Below, piece by piece: positions 34,711 through 42,536 of a stretch of 55,545 bases of DNA; position 1 is the first letter of the stretch; the number at the start of each line of letters is the position of its first letter. Below the pieces are notes generated by a model that was not told where the DNA came from, did no database searches, and worked only from the letters and a program-made list of their open reading frames with translations. This DNA is from a bacterium (GTDB lineage: Bacteria; Patescibacteriota; Patescibacteriia; JBDRHN01). The stretch covers positions 1 to 55,545 of the forward strand of contig JBDRHN010000065.1 in NCBI GenBank assembly GCA_043816765.1, in the 5' to 3' direction. The position numbers and the translations under genes were made by a program.

Positions 34711-34806
34711 TAATCAGTAACTAGTAATAAGTAAACAGTAATAAAAGTTTTAAAAAAATTAAAAAATTATAATCCAAAAATTACTTATTACTAATTACTA
34801 GTTACC
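34711..34806. repeat. Hairpin of AGTAA / TTACT words
   Basis: AGTAATCAGTAACTAGTAATAAGTAAACAGTAATAA pairs with TTACTTATTACTAATTACTAGTTAC. The right arm overlaps the last codons of the ribF-like gene. Confidence 0.7.
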
Positions 34807-35151
34807 GTCTCTATGTCTTTTAAAATCTGCTTTTTCAACTTTTCTGCGGAAGAAAATTTTTTGATGTCTCTAATTTTTTTATTGATTTCCAACTCCACTT
34901 CATTGTCGTATAGATCGCCGGAAAAATCAATAATTGCCGCTTCAATTACGGGTTCGGGTAAATTAAACGTGAGGCGCGGACCAATAAAAAACGCGGCTTT
35001 GTATTTTTTTTTTGTTTATTGAAATAAAACCTGAAAAAACACCCGATTCTGGAGTTTGATAATTTTTGTTTAATTTAATATTTGCCGTTGGCGCACCAAG
35101 CTGTTTTCCGACACCGCGTCCGCGAACAACTATACCTTTGATTGTCTGCAT
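34791..35151 (-). pseudogene. ribF: Monofunctional riboflavin kinase interrupted by one extra A in an A10 run (35004-35013)
   Basis: Frame 1 reads MQTIKGIVVRGRGVGKQLGAPTANI...GFISINKKK. Frame 2 continues YKAAFFIGPRLTFNLPEPVIEAAIIDFSGDLYDNEVELEINKKIRDIKKFSSAEKLKKQILKD. Joined, they form a complete kinase domain of about 119 aa. Confidence 0.8.
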
Positions 35152-35208
35152 AAATAATTTAAAAATTAAATCATTAAAAATTATTTAAAAATTAAAAAAT
35201 TAAAAATT

Positions 35209-36021
35209 TTATATAAACATCCACAATAAAATAATAAAGCCCAATAATATTCTATACCATCCAAACCAAACCAAGCTATGCTTTTCTAAAAACTTAATAA
35301 AATATTTTATCACCAAATAGCTTACAACAAAAGAGCTTAATATCCCAATGAGAAAAATTAATTTATCTAATGTTGATAAAATAGCCAAATTCAAATCAAA
35401 CATTTTTTTTGCCACCGCTCCAAAAATAATCGGAATTGCCAATAGAAAAGAAAATTCCGCCGCGGCTTTGCGTTGGAGTTTTAATCCCAAACCTGCTATA
35501 ATAGTAGTAGCGCTTCTTGAAACACCTGGAATCAAAGCAAAAGCTTGGGCAATGCCTATTAAAAATATTTCTGTCGCGCTTAACGAATAAATGTCTTTTT
35601 GTTTTTTGCTGTATTTATCGACGATTATTAACAATATACCGCCAATAATCAAAGTTAAGCTTACAACCGTTATGTTCCTAAAATATGACTCTATTGCGTC
35701 TTCAAAAAAGAATCCTATCAGACCTGCAGGAATAGTGGCGAAAAAAATAAAAAAGAAAAGCCTTAAATTTTTTTTACTTTTATCTTGTTGTTTGTCTGCT
35801 TTGCCGAAAACGGAAAACAAGCTGTAAATTTTCTTTCTAAAATATATAAATAAAGCAAGCAAAGAACCGAGATGAAGCGCAACATCAAAAATCAAATTAT
35901 CTACGTCAAGATTAGAAAACTTATGGAGTATAATCAGGTGACCGGAGCTGGAAATAGGCAAAAATTCCGTTATCCCCTGCGCGGCGCCGAATATTGCTGA
36001 GAAAAAAAATTTTAAATACAT
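35209..36021 (-). CDS. uppP: undecaprenyl-diphosphate phosphatase
   Basis: 270 aa with GITEFLPISSSGHL, PGVSRSATTI and about 8 TM. Confidence 0.9.
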   Translation of the reverse strand: MYLKFFFSAIFGAAQGITEFLPISSSGHLIILHKFSNLDVDNLIFDVALHLGSLLALFIYFRKKIYSLFSVFGKADKQQDKSKKNLRLFFFIFFATIPAGLIGFFFEDAIESYFRNITVVSLTLIIGGILLIIVDKYSKKQKDIYSLSATEIFLIGIAQAFALIPGVSRSATTIIAGLGLKLQRKAAAEFSFLLAIPIIFGAVAKKMFDLNLAILSTLDKLIFLIGILSSFVVSYLVIKYFIKFLEKHSLVWFGWYRILLGFIILLWMFI

Positions 36022-36034
36022 AAATAGTTATTTT

Positions 36035-36478
36035 ATGCTCAATATGCTGTCAACTTATAAATTATTTGTAATACCAATGGCGGTTATTTTTTCTTCACAG
36101 TTGTTAAAACTGATAATTGAAGCCGCCAACGGGAATTTTTCTTGGAGAAATTTTGACAAATACGGCGGGATGCCTTCTTCACACACTGCGTTTGTCACAT
36201 CGCTTGTAACTATTATGGGGGCTACGCAAGGAATAAATTCTTCGGTTTTTGCCATCTCTTTTATCCTCGCTGTGCTTACAATCCGAGATGCTATGGGTTT
36301 ACGAAAATATTTGGGAAATAATAGCAAGGTTATAAATTTATTGATTAAAAAATTGCCAGATAAAGACGAAATTGAATTTCCGCATATTGAAGAACGGCTC
36401 GGGCATACTCCTATACAGGTTTTTGGAGGAATGATTTTGGGTTTTGCTGTGAGTATGATTTTGTTGAGATTTTTGTAA
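36035..36478 (+). CDS. Divergent PAP2 family (DUF212) membrane phosphatase-like protein
   Basis: GGMPSSHTAFVTSL, IRDAMGLR, LGHTPIQVFGG. Confidence 0.8.
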   Translation: MLNMLSTYKLFVIPMAVIFSSQLLKLIIEAANGNFSWRNFDKYGGMPSSHTAFVTSLVTIMGATQGINSSVFAISFILAVLTIRDAMGLRKYLGNNSKVINLLIKKLPDKDEIEFPHIEERLGHTPIQVFGGMILGFAVSMILLRFL

Positions 36479-36576
36479 ATTGGGCGCTAATGCGCATAGA
36501 AAGGGCAGGTTTGTGGAAACCGAGCGTCCAACGTGGACGCTCGGTTTCCACAAACCGTTCTACCCGCAAAAATTTA
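36478..36576. repeat. GC-hairpin element (family copy 4), near-identical to copy 3
   Basis: GGGCGCTAATGCGCAT, AGAAAGGGCA, a perfect 23-bp stem at 36508-36556 (GGTTTGTGGAAACCGAGCGTCCA-ACG-...), then GTTCTACCCGCAAAAATTTA. Lies between convergent gene ends. Confidence 0.9.
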
Positions 36577-37809
36577 CTTCGGCGCGATATCGCGCAATTT
36601 TTTAACTGTTTTAATTAAAACTTTAACCGTCTGATCAATTTCATCTTTTGTCGTGGATTTTCCCAATGTAATTCTCAAACTGTTGTGGCAAATCTCCTGT
36701 GGGATATTCATTGCTAGCAAAACATGAGAAGGTTTTAATGATCCTGATGAACAAGCCGAGCCTGTGGAAACGGCAATCCCTTCCATATCAAGCATGATTA
36801 ACATGCTTTCGCCTTCCGCGCCAACTAAGCTAAAATTAGCATTTCCCTCTACCATATTTTTTAAATCTCCATTCAAATGTGAATTTGGAATTTTTTTTAA
36901 CACTTGCGAAATTAAATAATCTCTTAATTTTTTTATTTTTAATATATTTTTTTTATACTCAACGTTTTGTAATAATTCAATCGCTTTTCCGAGTCCGACT
37001 ATTCCCAGAGAATTATATGTTCCGGGGCGTTTGCTTTTTTCTTGATGCCCTCCGACCATTATTGGCAAAAATGGAACTCCGTTTTTTATATATAACGCTC
37101 CAACGCCTTTTGGTCCATAAATTTTATGTCCAGACAAAGAGAGTAGTTCAACTTTGAGTTTTTTAACATCACAATCGCAATAACTTATTGCTTGCACGGC
37201 ATCGGTGTGAAAATAGATATGCGGCAATTTTTTGCAAGTTCCCATGTTGCAATTTTCTTTGGAACAATGGTCTCTTGTTTTATTGATTTTTTCAATCTCT
37301 TTTCCGATTTCTTGAATAGGCTGTATCGTCCCCACTTCATTATTAACGAACATAACAGAGACTAACGCCGTATTGTCTTTAATTGATTTTTTAAAATCTG
37401 AAAATTTAATTAATCCATTTTTTGAAACTGGCAAATATGTAACTTCAAATCCTTCCTGCTCCAGTCTTTTGCACGGTTCCATAACGGCGGGGTGCTCAAT
37501 TTTTGATGTGATAATATGTAATTTTGTATTTGGATATTGTCTTTTCAACGCTCTTGCCACTCCGAAGATTGCCATGTTGTCGCTCTCTGTCGCGCCTGAT
37601 GTAAAAATAACTTCTTCGTTTTTGCAGTTTAAAAATTTAGAAATATTCCCTCTTGCGATTTCAACCGCCTTTAACGCGTCTTCGCCGAAAGTATGCAAAG
37701 AAGATGCGTTGCCAAAACTCTCGCAAAAATACGGCATCATTAAAGCTATCACCCTTGGGTCAACGGGTGTTGTGGCTGAGTGGTCTAAATAGATTCTTTT
37801 GAGTGGCAT
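36574..37809 (-). CDS. iscS: Cysteine desulfurase (NifS/IscS class V aminotransferase)
   Basis: YLDHSATTPVDPRV, the PLP lysine in SLSGHKIYGPKG, and the catalytic loop STGSACSSGS. Confidence 0.9.
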   Translation of the reverse strand: MPLKRIYLDHSATTPVDPRVIALMMPYFCESFGNASSLHTFGEDALKAVEIARGNISKFLNCKNEEVIFTSGATESDNMAIFGVARALKRQYPNTKLHIITSKIEHPAVMEPCKRLEQEGFEVTYLPVSKNGLIKFSDFKKSIKDNTALVSVMFVNNEVGTIQPIQEIGKEIEKINKTRDHCSKENCNMGTCKKLPHIYFHTDAVQAISYCDCDVKKLKVELLSLSGHKIYGPKGVGALYIKNGVPFLPIMVGGHQEKSKRPGTYNSLGIVGLGKAIELLQNVEYKKNILKIKKLRDYLISQVLKKIPNSHLNGDLKNMVEGNANFSLVGAEGESMLIMLDMEGIAVSTGSACSSGSLKPSHVLLAMNIPQEICHNSLRITLGKSTTKDEIDQTVKVLIKTVKKLRDIAPK

Positions 37810-37823
37810 ACCTCTTTATTTAT

Positions 37824-37913
37824 AAATTAGGCGCTAACGCGCGCATTTTGCAGAGACGCATTGCAATGCGTCTCTACGGACATGCAAATATTGAAATTCC
37901 TCTGCAAAAATTT
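37824..37913. repeat. GC-hairpin element (family copy 5), abutting the iscS ribosome-binding region
   Basis: AAATTAGGCGCTAACGCGCGCAT, the perfect 22-nt palindrome GAGACGCATTGCAATGCGTCTC (37853-37874), then GCAAATATTGAAATTCCTCTGCAAAAATTTA. Confidence 0.9.
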
Positions 37914-38023
37914 AAAAATGAAAAGTTAAAAGTTGTAGTTAAAAGTTTAAAATTTTATTAGGCATAAAGTTTGTTTAACTTTTAATTTTAAACTCAATTT
38001 TTAAATTTAAACTTTTAATTTTA

Positions 38024-38248
38024 TTAAACCGCGACAACTTCTTTCACCCCACTAACCTTTTCCTTCAAAACTCTTTCAACTCCTTCTTTGAGCGTCAATG
38101 CCGCCATCGGACAACCAGAACAAGCGCCCGTCAATTTAACTTTAACTATTCCGTTTTTTTCGTCAACATCAATTAATTTTATATCTCCGCCGTCCGCTTG
38201 AAGCGAAGGACGAATTTCGTTTAAAACTTCTTCAACTTGTTTTTTCAT
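38024..38248 (-). CDS. NifU C-terminal (Nfu-type) Fe-S carrier domain protein
   Basis: 74 aa with [17 protein letters not shown]...[11 protein letters not shown]. Confidence 0.9.
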   Translation of the reverse strand: MKKQVEEVLNEIRPSLQADGGDIKLIDVDEKNGIVKVKLTGACSGCPMAALTLKEGVERVLKEKVSGVKEVVAV

Positions 38249-38289
38249 GGTTTTGTTTTTGTTAAAATGTTAATTAATTGAGGTAATGC

Positions 38290-38337
38290 CGTCACAGACG
38301 CTAAGTGTCTGAGCTCAGACACTTAGCGTCTGTGACG
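38290..38337. repeat. Perfect 48-nt palindrome
   Basis: CGTCACAGACGCTAAGTGTCTGAG|CTCAGACACTTAGCGTCTGTGACG, with no mismatch and no loop. Lies between the ACT-domain gene and nfu. Confidence 0.9.
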
Positions 38338-38342
38338 ATTGA

Positions 38343-38741
38343 TTATTCAACCTCTACCGAAAAACCAATTTTTCTTAGCGCTTCAATTACAATCTCGTTT
38401 GTTTCCTCTTTAACAAGAATATAATCTTTTGAAAAGGTAGAAACAACAAGAACGTTTAAATCTTTATCGGATATTGTTTTTGTAATTTTAGCTAGAAAAT
38501 TTTTCGCATGAAACGGCAGGGAGACTTTTATTTCAATCAGCTTAAACCATTTTACGTCTTTATCATATTTTACATTGGGAATATTTTTTTCTTCTGTTAT
38601 AACCGTAATTTCATCTTCATCTTTTGAAATAAAAAAATGATTGTTTATTGTTGTTTCGTTCGCCTTTAAATACGCATACCTGCCCGCACGAACAACGACT
38701 TTGCTTGATTTTATAACTTCATCTAGGGTTAAATTTTTCAT
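38343..38741 (-). CDS. ACT-domain (ACT_7-like) protein; start moved to MKNLTLDEV
   Basis: 132 aa. The pattern YAYLK...DEDEITVI...WFKLIEIKVSLPF...VSTFSKDYILVKEE is typical of small ACT_7 proteins. The listed N-terminal 27 codons are translated repeat. Confidence 0.55.
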   Translation of the reverse strand: MKNLTLDEVIKSSKVVVRAGRYAYLKANETTINNHFFISKDEDEITVITEEKNIPNVKYDKDVKWFKLIEIKVSLPFHAKNFLAKITKTISDKDLNVLVVSTFSKDYILVKEETNEIVIEALRKIGFSVEVE

Positions 38742-38748
38742 ACGATTG

Positions 38749-38873
38749 CTCGTCTTTGCGCCGCAGTCCCCTGACAGGAGACAGAAGCAAGGGTGCTGAA
38801 CACCCCGCTGGGTGTCCAGCACCTAAGGCGCAATATTTCATAAAACTTGACTTAGAATATCTGCGGCGGAGCG
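38749..38873. repeat. Long copy of the CGCTC..GCGCCGCAGTCCCC / CTGCGGCGGAGCG TIR family, containing its own hairpin
   Basis: The left end GCGCCGCAGTCCCC and right end CTGCGGCGGAGCG match the ends of the in-frame element at 29596-29651. Inner hairpin GGTGCTGAACACC / GGTGTCCAGCACC at 38792-38823. Confidence 0.75.
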
Positions 38874-38914
38874 TAAAAAATACTGATTACTGTTTACTTG
38901 TTACTGATTACTGA

Positions 38915-39298
38915 TTACTTGTCCAAATACTCGTCAAACGCCTTATTCAACGCCTCTACCGCCAACATAGAACAATGCACTTTAATCGGCGGCAATCCGC
39001 CAAGTCCGTCAACTATATCCTGTTTTGAAATCTCTTTTGCTTCTCTTATTGTTTTTCCTTTTACCATATCTGTAAGTATTGAAGAAATGGCAATCGCGGC
39101 CGCGCAACCCAAGGTTTCAAATTTAATATCTTTAATGACATGATCTTCTTTGTTTTTGCCTTTTGGGTCAACTTTTAGATAAAGCTTCATGACGTCTCCG
39201 CATACTTTGTTGCCCGCTTGCCCGATTACGGTAGCGTCTTTGATTACTCCTTGATTGTGCGGATTTTTGAAATGTTGCAGAACTTTTTCGGTATACAT
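38915..39298 (-). CDS. iscU: IscU/SufU-type Fe-S cluster scaffold
   Basis: FKNPHNQG, NKVCGDVM, ETLGCAAAIA, KVHCSMLA. Confidence 0.9.
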   Translation of the reverse strand: MYTEKVLQHFKNPHNQGVIKDATVIGQAGNKVCGDVMKLYLKVDPKGKNKEDHVIKDIKFETLGCAAAIAISSILTDMVKGKTIREAKEISKQDIVDGLGGLPPIKVHCSMLAVEALNKAFDEYLDK

Positions 39299-39448
39299 AT
39301 CTTATGTTAATTTTTAATTTTAAATTTTTAATTTTTAAACAATTTCAAATGTTTTTAATTTTAAAATTCAAAACATTTAATTTTAGTATTCTGGGCGTAT
39401 TCAATACGCCCCTGCAATAATAACTTTCAACTTTATAGACTTTCGACT

Positions 39449-40150
39449 TTATAGACTGTGGATTATGATTTCTTCAAACAAAAATTCTTGGCTTAAATCT
39501 GCTTCGTTTTGTTTTACTAATTCCAAAATTGCCAAAAAACTGACAATTATTTCTGTTCGGTTTTCTGCTGTTTCTATCAGATGATTAAAGCTAAAACTTT
39601 TTTGGCCTATTATTAAATCTTTTATTTGCTGAATTTTTTCTTTGATGCTGATGGTTTTTTCAATCAATTTTTTTGGAAGTTCAAAAATCGGTTCCAACTT
39701 TGCTAAAACGTCGTTGAATATTTCAAATAGTCGGCGGGTGTTAACACTTTTTGGCGGATTAAATATTATATCATTTGCCGTTATCTGTTTTTCTCTTGCG
39801 AAAGTAAATCTTTTTTTATTAATCATCTTTCTAATTTTCCCAGAAGCTTCCAAAAATTCTTTATACAGTTTTAGTTGTTGCTCCAAATCTCCCTCTTCTT
39901 CTTCGTCCCATATTAAAAATGGCATTAACGCCTTGGATTTAATATACAAAAGTTTTGCCGCGACAACTAAAAAATCAGCTAAATCAACTGACCTTGCCTC
40001 TTCTACTTCTCTTATATATGACACATATTGATCTGTAACTTTTGCTAAAGATATTTTTGTAATATCAAAATTATTTTCCTCAATTAATTTAAGCAGCAGG
40101 GAGAGCGGCCCTTCAAATTGTTCCAATTTAACTTCGTGCATATTAACCAA
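39449..40150 (-). CDS. scpA: Segregation and condensation protein A
   Basis: LEQFEGPLSLLLKLIEENNFDITKISLAKVTDQY, and the C-terminal winged-helix region VSFLAILELVK. Confidence 0.85.
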   Translation of the reverse strand: MVNMHEVKLEQFEGPLSLLLKLIEENNFDITKISLAKVTDQYVSYIREVEEARSVDLADFLVVAAKLLYIKSKALMPFLIWDEEEEGDLEQQLKLYKEFLEASGKIRKMINKKRFTFAREKQITANDIIFNPPKSVNTRRLFEIFNDVLAKLEPIFELPKKLIEKTISIKEKIQQIKDLIIGQKSFSFNHLIETAENRTEIIVSFLAILELVKQNEADLSQEFLFEEIIIHSL

Positions 40151-40152
40151 AA

Positions 40153-40572
40153 CTATTTTTTCAAAAAATTGTTAATAAATTTTAAATATTCTAAATAATC
40201 ATTAATTTCATTTTTAATGTCGTCAATCATTCTTTTTAAATCAACTTTGCCGTATTTATGAATAATTAAATTTCTCAACCCGACAGATGGAGCGATTTTT
40301 AACGCAAAATTCATCGGCAGTATTTTATTCTCGCCCAATGTTATAAAGGTGCTCTGATAATCTTCTGGAACTTGCATATTAAGTTCGGAAATAATATGCG
40401 TATTAATATCAACGGCGGTATCAACTATTAATTGAAATAATCTCTCTGTTGTATAAAGTTTTAAATCATCTTCAATTAGCATTCTCGCATCTTCCTTTAA
40501 TACCGCCTCCAACTTTTCATAATATTTTCTAAGATCGTTTAATTTGTTTTTAATTAATTGTTTATCAATCAT
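40153..40572 (-). CDS. hepT: HEPN-domain (DUF86, HepT-like) toxin
   Basis: 139 aa with the Rx4H motif GLRNLIIHKY. Overlaps the upstream MNT gene by 4 nt (ATGA). Confidence 0.8.
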   Translation of the reverse strand: MIDKQLIKNKLNDLRKYYEKLEAVLKEDARMLIEDDLKLYTTERLFQLIVDTAVDINTHIISELNMQVPEDYQSTFITLGENKILPMNFALKIAPSVGLRNLIIHKYGKVDLKRMIDDIKNEINDYLEYLKFINNFLKK

Positions 40573-40973
40573 ATTTTCTGTATAAATTTATCTAATGATA
40601 AATCTCTTAATTTTAATAAATTTTTGGCTTCCATAAAACGTTTAAATCCATAAATTTTAAAATTCGCAAACACAAATTGCTCTTTTTCATAAAGAAGGAT
40701 TGACTTTTGCGCTATTTGTTTTAATAAAAGCGGCGTCGCATTTTTTAAATCAACCAATTCTAAATTTTTAATTTTTAATTTTTGAGAAATTTCAAGCTGA
40801 ATTTTCGCCGCATCGCTTGGTCTTAGATGCTTTTCAGAAACAAAAGCAATATCCACATCGCTATTTGCGTGAGTTTTTCCTGTTGCCTGCGAACCAAAAA
40901 GCAACACCAACGAAAGCTTGTGTTTTTTTGCTATTTTTTTTATCTTGGATTTTATCTCATCTATTTGCAACAT
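40569..40973 (-). CDS. mntA: Minimal nucleotidyltransferase (MntA-like) antitoxin
   Basis: 134 aa with LLFGSQATGKTHANSDVDIAF (GSx10-11DxD). Confidence 0.8.
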   Translation of the reverse strand: MLQIDEIKSKIKKIAKKHKLSLVLLFGSQATGKTHANSDVDIAFVSEKHLRPSDAAKIQLEISQKLKIKNLELVDLKNATPLLLKQIAQKSILLYEKEQFVFANFKIYGFKRFMEAKNLLKLRDLSLDKFIQKI

Positions 40974-41058
40974 AACTAATGTTTTCTTGTTTTTTTGTTT
41001 TCGTGCTTTCTCTTGTTTTTGCGTTTTTGTGTTTTCTTAATCCCGACCGGCAATTTAT

Positions 41059-41592
41059 TTAACGTTTTTTTATCTGTCCTTTCGCTTTTTTGACTTTCTT
41101 TTGCGCTTTTGCTTTAACTTTTTTAAATTCTTTTGTCTTGCTTACTTCTCCTACTACCGCTTCTTCCAATTTTACAAAATCTTTAACGGCCATTTTAATG
41201 CTTTTTGTAAAATCGCTTGTGGCAAGTATCACTTTTTTATTTTTTAAAACATTTTTATCAACGTAAACTTTTAGCTGACGCAATTTCCCGAAAGCGCCTA
41301 CAGCTTCTTTTTTTAATTTTAAAGTTTTAGCCATTACTTTTTCTGAAACAATTTCTATTTTTTTTGCTCCGAGTTTTGCTTTTAGCTTGGCAATGTCAAG
41401 CTGTCTGTTGGCGGGCAAAAGTATCAGCATATATTTACCGTCAACTTTTACCACAAGCGGTTTGCCGATTTCTTGAAGTTTGGCTTTTAACGTCTGCGCC
41501 GCGTCATGTGCGGTATAGACTGTCTTGTGCGCTAATTCTTCAAATTTTATCTTGTTTTCCTCAAGATAGTTTTTTATTTTTTGAGTGTCCAT
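41059..41592 (-). CDS. YbaK/EbsC-family aminoacyl-tRNA deacylase-like protein with a Lys-rich tail
   Basis: YTAHDAAQTL...KPLVVKVDGKYMLILLPANRQLDIAKLK...AVGAFG, with the C-terminal KKVKAKAQKKVKKAKGQIKKR. Confidence 0.65.
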   Translation of the reverse strand: MDTQKIKNYLEENKIKFEELAHKTVYTAHDAAQTLKAKLQEIGKPLVVKVDGKYMLILLPANRQLDIAKLKAKLGAKKIEIVSEKVMAKTLKLKKEAVGAFGKLRQLKVYVDKNVLKNKKVILATSDFTKSIKMAVKDFVKLEEAVVGEVSKTKEFKKVKAKAQKKVKKAKGQIKKR

Positions 41593-41597
41593 TTTTT

Positions 41598-41674
41598 GAT
41601 TAGTAATCAGTAATTAGTAAATAGTAAATTTTGGATAATTAACCACTAATTACTGATTACTATTTACTGATTAC
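41598..41674. repeat. Hairpin of AGTAA / TTACT words
   Basis: GATTAGTAATCAGTAATTAGTAAATAGTAAA pairs with ACTAATTACTGATTACTATTTACTGATTAC. Confidence 0.75.
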
Positions 41675-41679
41675 AGGAG

Positions 41680-42351
41680 TTAGAGTAATTTAAAGTTATT
41701 TATATTTAAATGAAAGTTGCATCCAATCTTTTGCGCTGAAATTTTGCAATACGACATACGTTCAATAAAAATTTCAAGATAATCCATTACGTCAATCATT
41801 TTATTGTCAATTTCTAATTTTAATTCAATAGTTTTTGTGTCTTTGTTTAAAACTAAATGATTGTCAATTACCGCAAAATTTACGCGATCATGTATATCGT
41901 TTTTTAAATTTTTCACTCCTCTTGAATGTTTTCTGACGCGATTGCGATGCACATCGCTCTTGTCTGCAATTACAACCGCGGCCGTTATTTCATCAACCAG
42001 CTCTTTTTCGTATTTATCGTGGCTCGCGATTGCGTGCATTATTTGCGTTAATCCGGAAAGATCGTCTGTGTGGTGGGCGAAAATTTGATTAAAAAGCAAA
42101 GCCCCCCAATAGTGATGCTGTCCGCGACCGATAAAATTTGCCATGTCATGGCAAAATCCCGCGATTTTAGCATATTCTACTTTTTTTCTGTTAAAGTCAA
42201 AAGTTTCCGCTATTTCTCCAGCTCTTTTTGAAACTAAATCAACATGGCTTAATCCATGGTAGGTGTAGTCTAATTTGTTTAACACTATATCGCTTTGCTC
42301 TATATATGCCAAAACTTGTTTATTTTTTTTGACTTGATCTAGGGTAATCAT
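41680..42351 (-). CDS. HD-domain phosphohydrolase
   Basis: HGLSHVDLV, FCHDMANF, ASHD, ADKSD. Confidence 0.7.
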   Translation of the reverse strand: MITLDQVKKNKQVLAYIEQSDIVLNKLDYTYHGLSHVDLVSKRAGEIAETFDFNRKKVEYAKIAGFCHDMANFIGRGQHHYWGALLFNQIFAHHTDDLSGLTQIMHAIASHDKYEKELVDEITAAVVIADKSDVHRNRVRKHSRGVKNLKNDIHDRVNFAVIDNHLVLNKDTKTIELKLEIDNKMIDVMDYLEIFIERMSYCKISAQKIGCNFHLNINNFKLL

Positions 42352-42536
42352 ATTAAAATAATTTCAAAGCTCAAATATCAAATGCCAAATCAAATCCAAA
42401 TTTTTAAATGTCAAAATTTTGAATTTTAGGCTTTAGTATTTGTTTGAAATAATTTGGTCCGTCAGCTGACGGATAAATTTTGACATTTTTCATTTATAAT
42501 TATACCCTGTTTCGCTTTTCCAGTCAAAAAAAGGCT

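Noticed and set aside
34813-35022. Plus-strand ORF 34813..35022 (69 aa).
   Set aside because: It lies antisense to the two halves of the frameshifted riboflavin kinase gene, whose conserved motifs explain the region.
36338-36553. ORF 36338..36553 (71 aa), and the first 35 codons of ORF 24172..24726, which share the peptide WKP.VHVGR.VSTNLPFLCA.
   Set aside because: Both are minus-strand translations of the same about 100-nt GC-hairpin repeat (36478-36576 and 24641-24748). The similarity is at the DNA-element level, there is no start context, and the real RmlC-like protein begins at MNSVIIKEL (24621).
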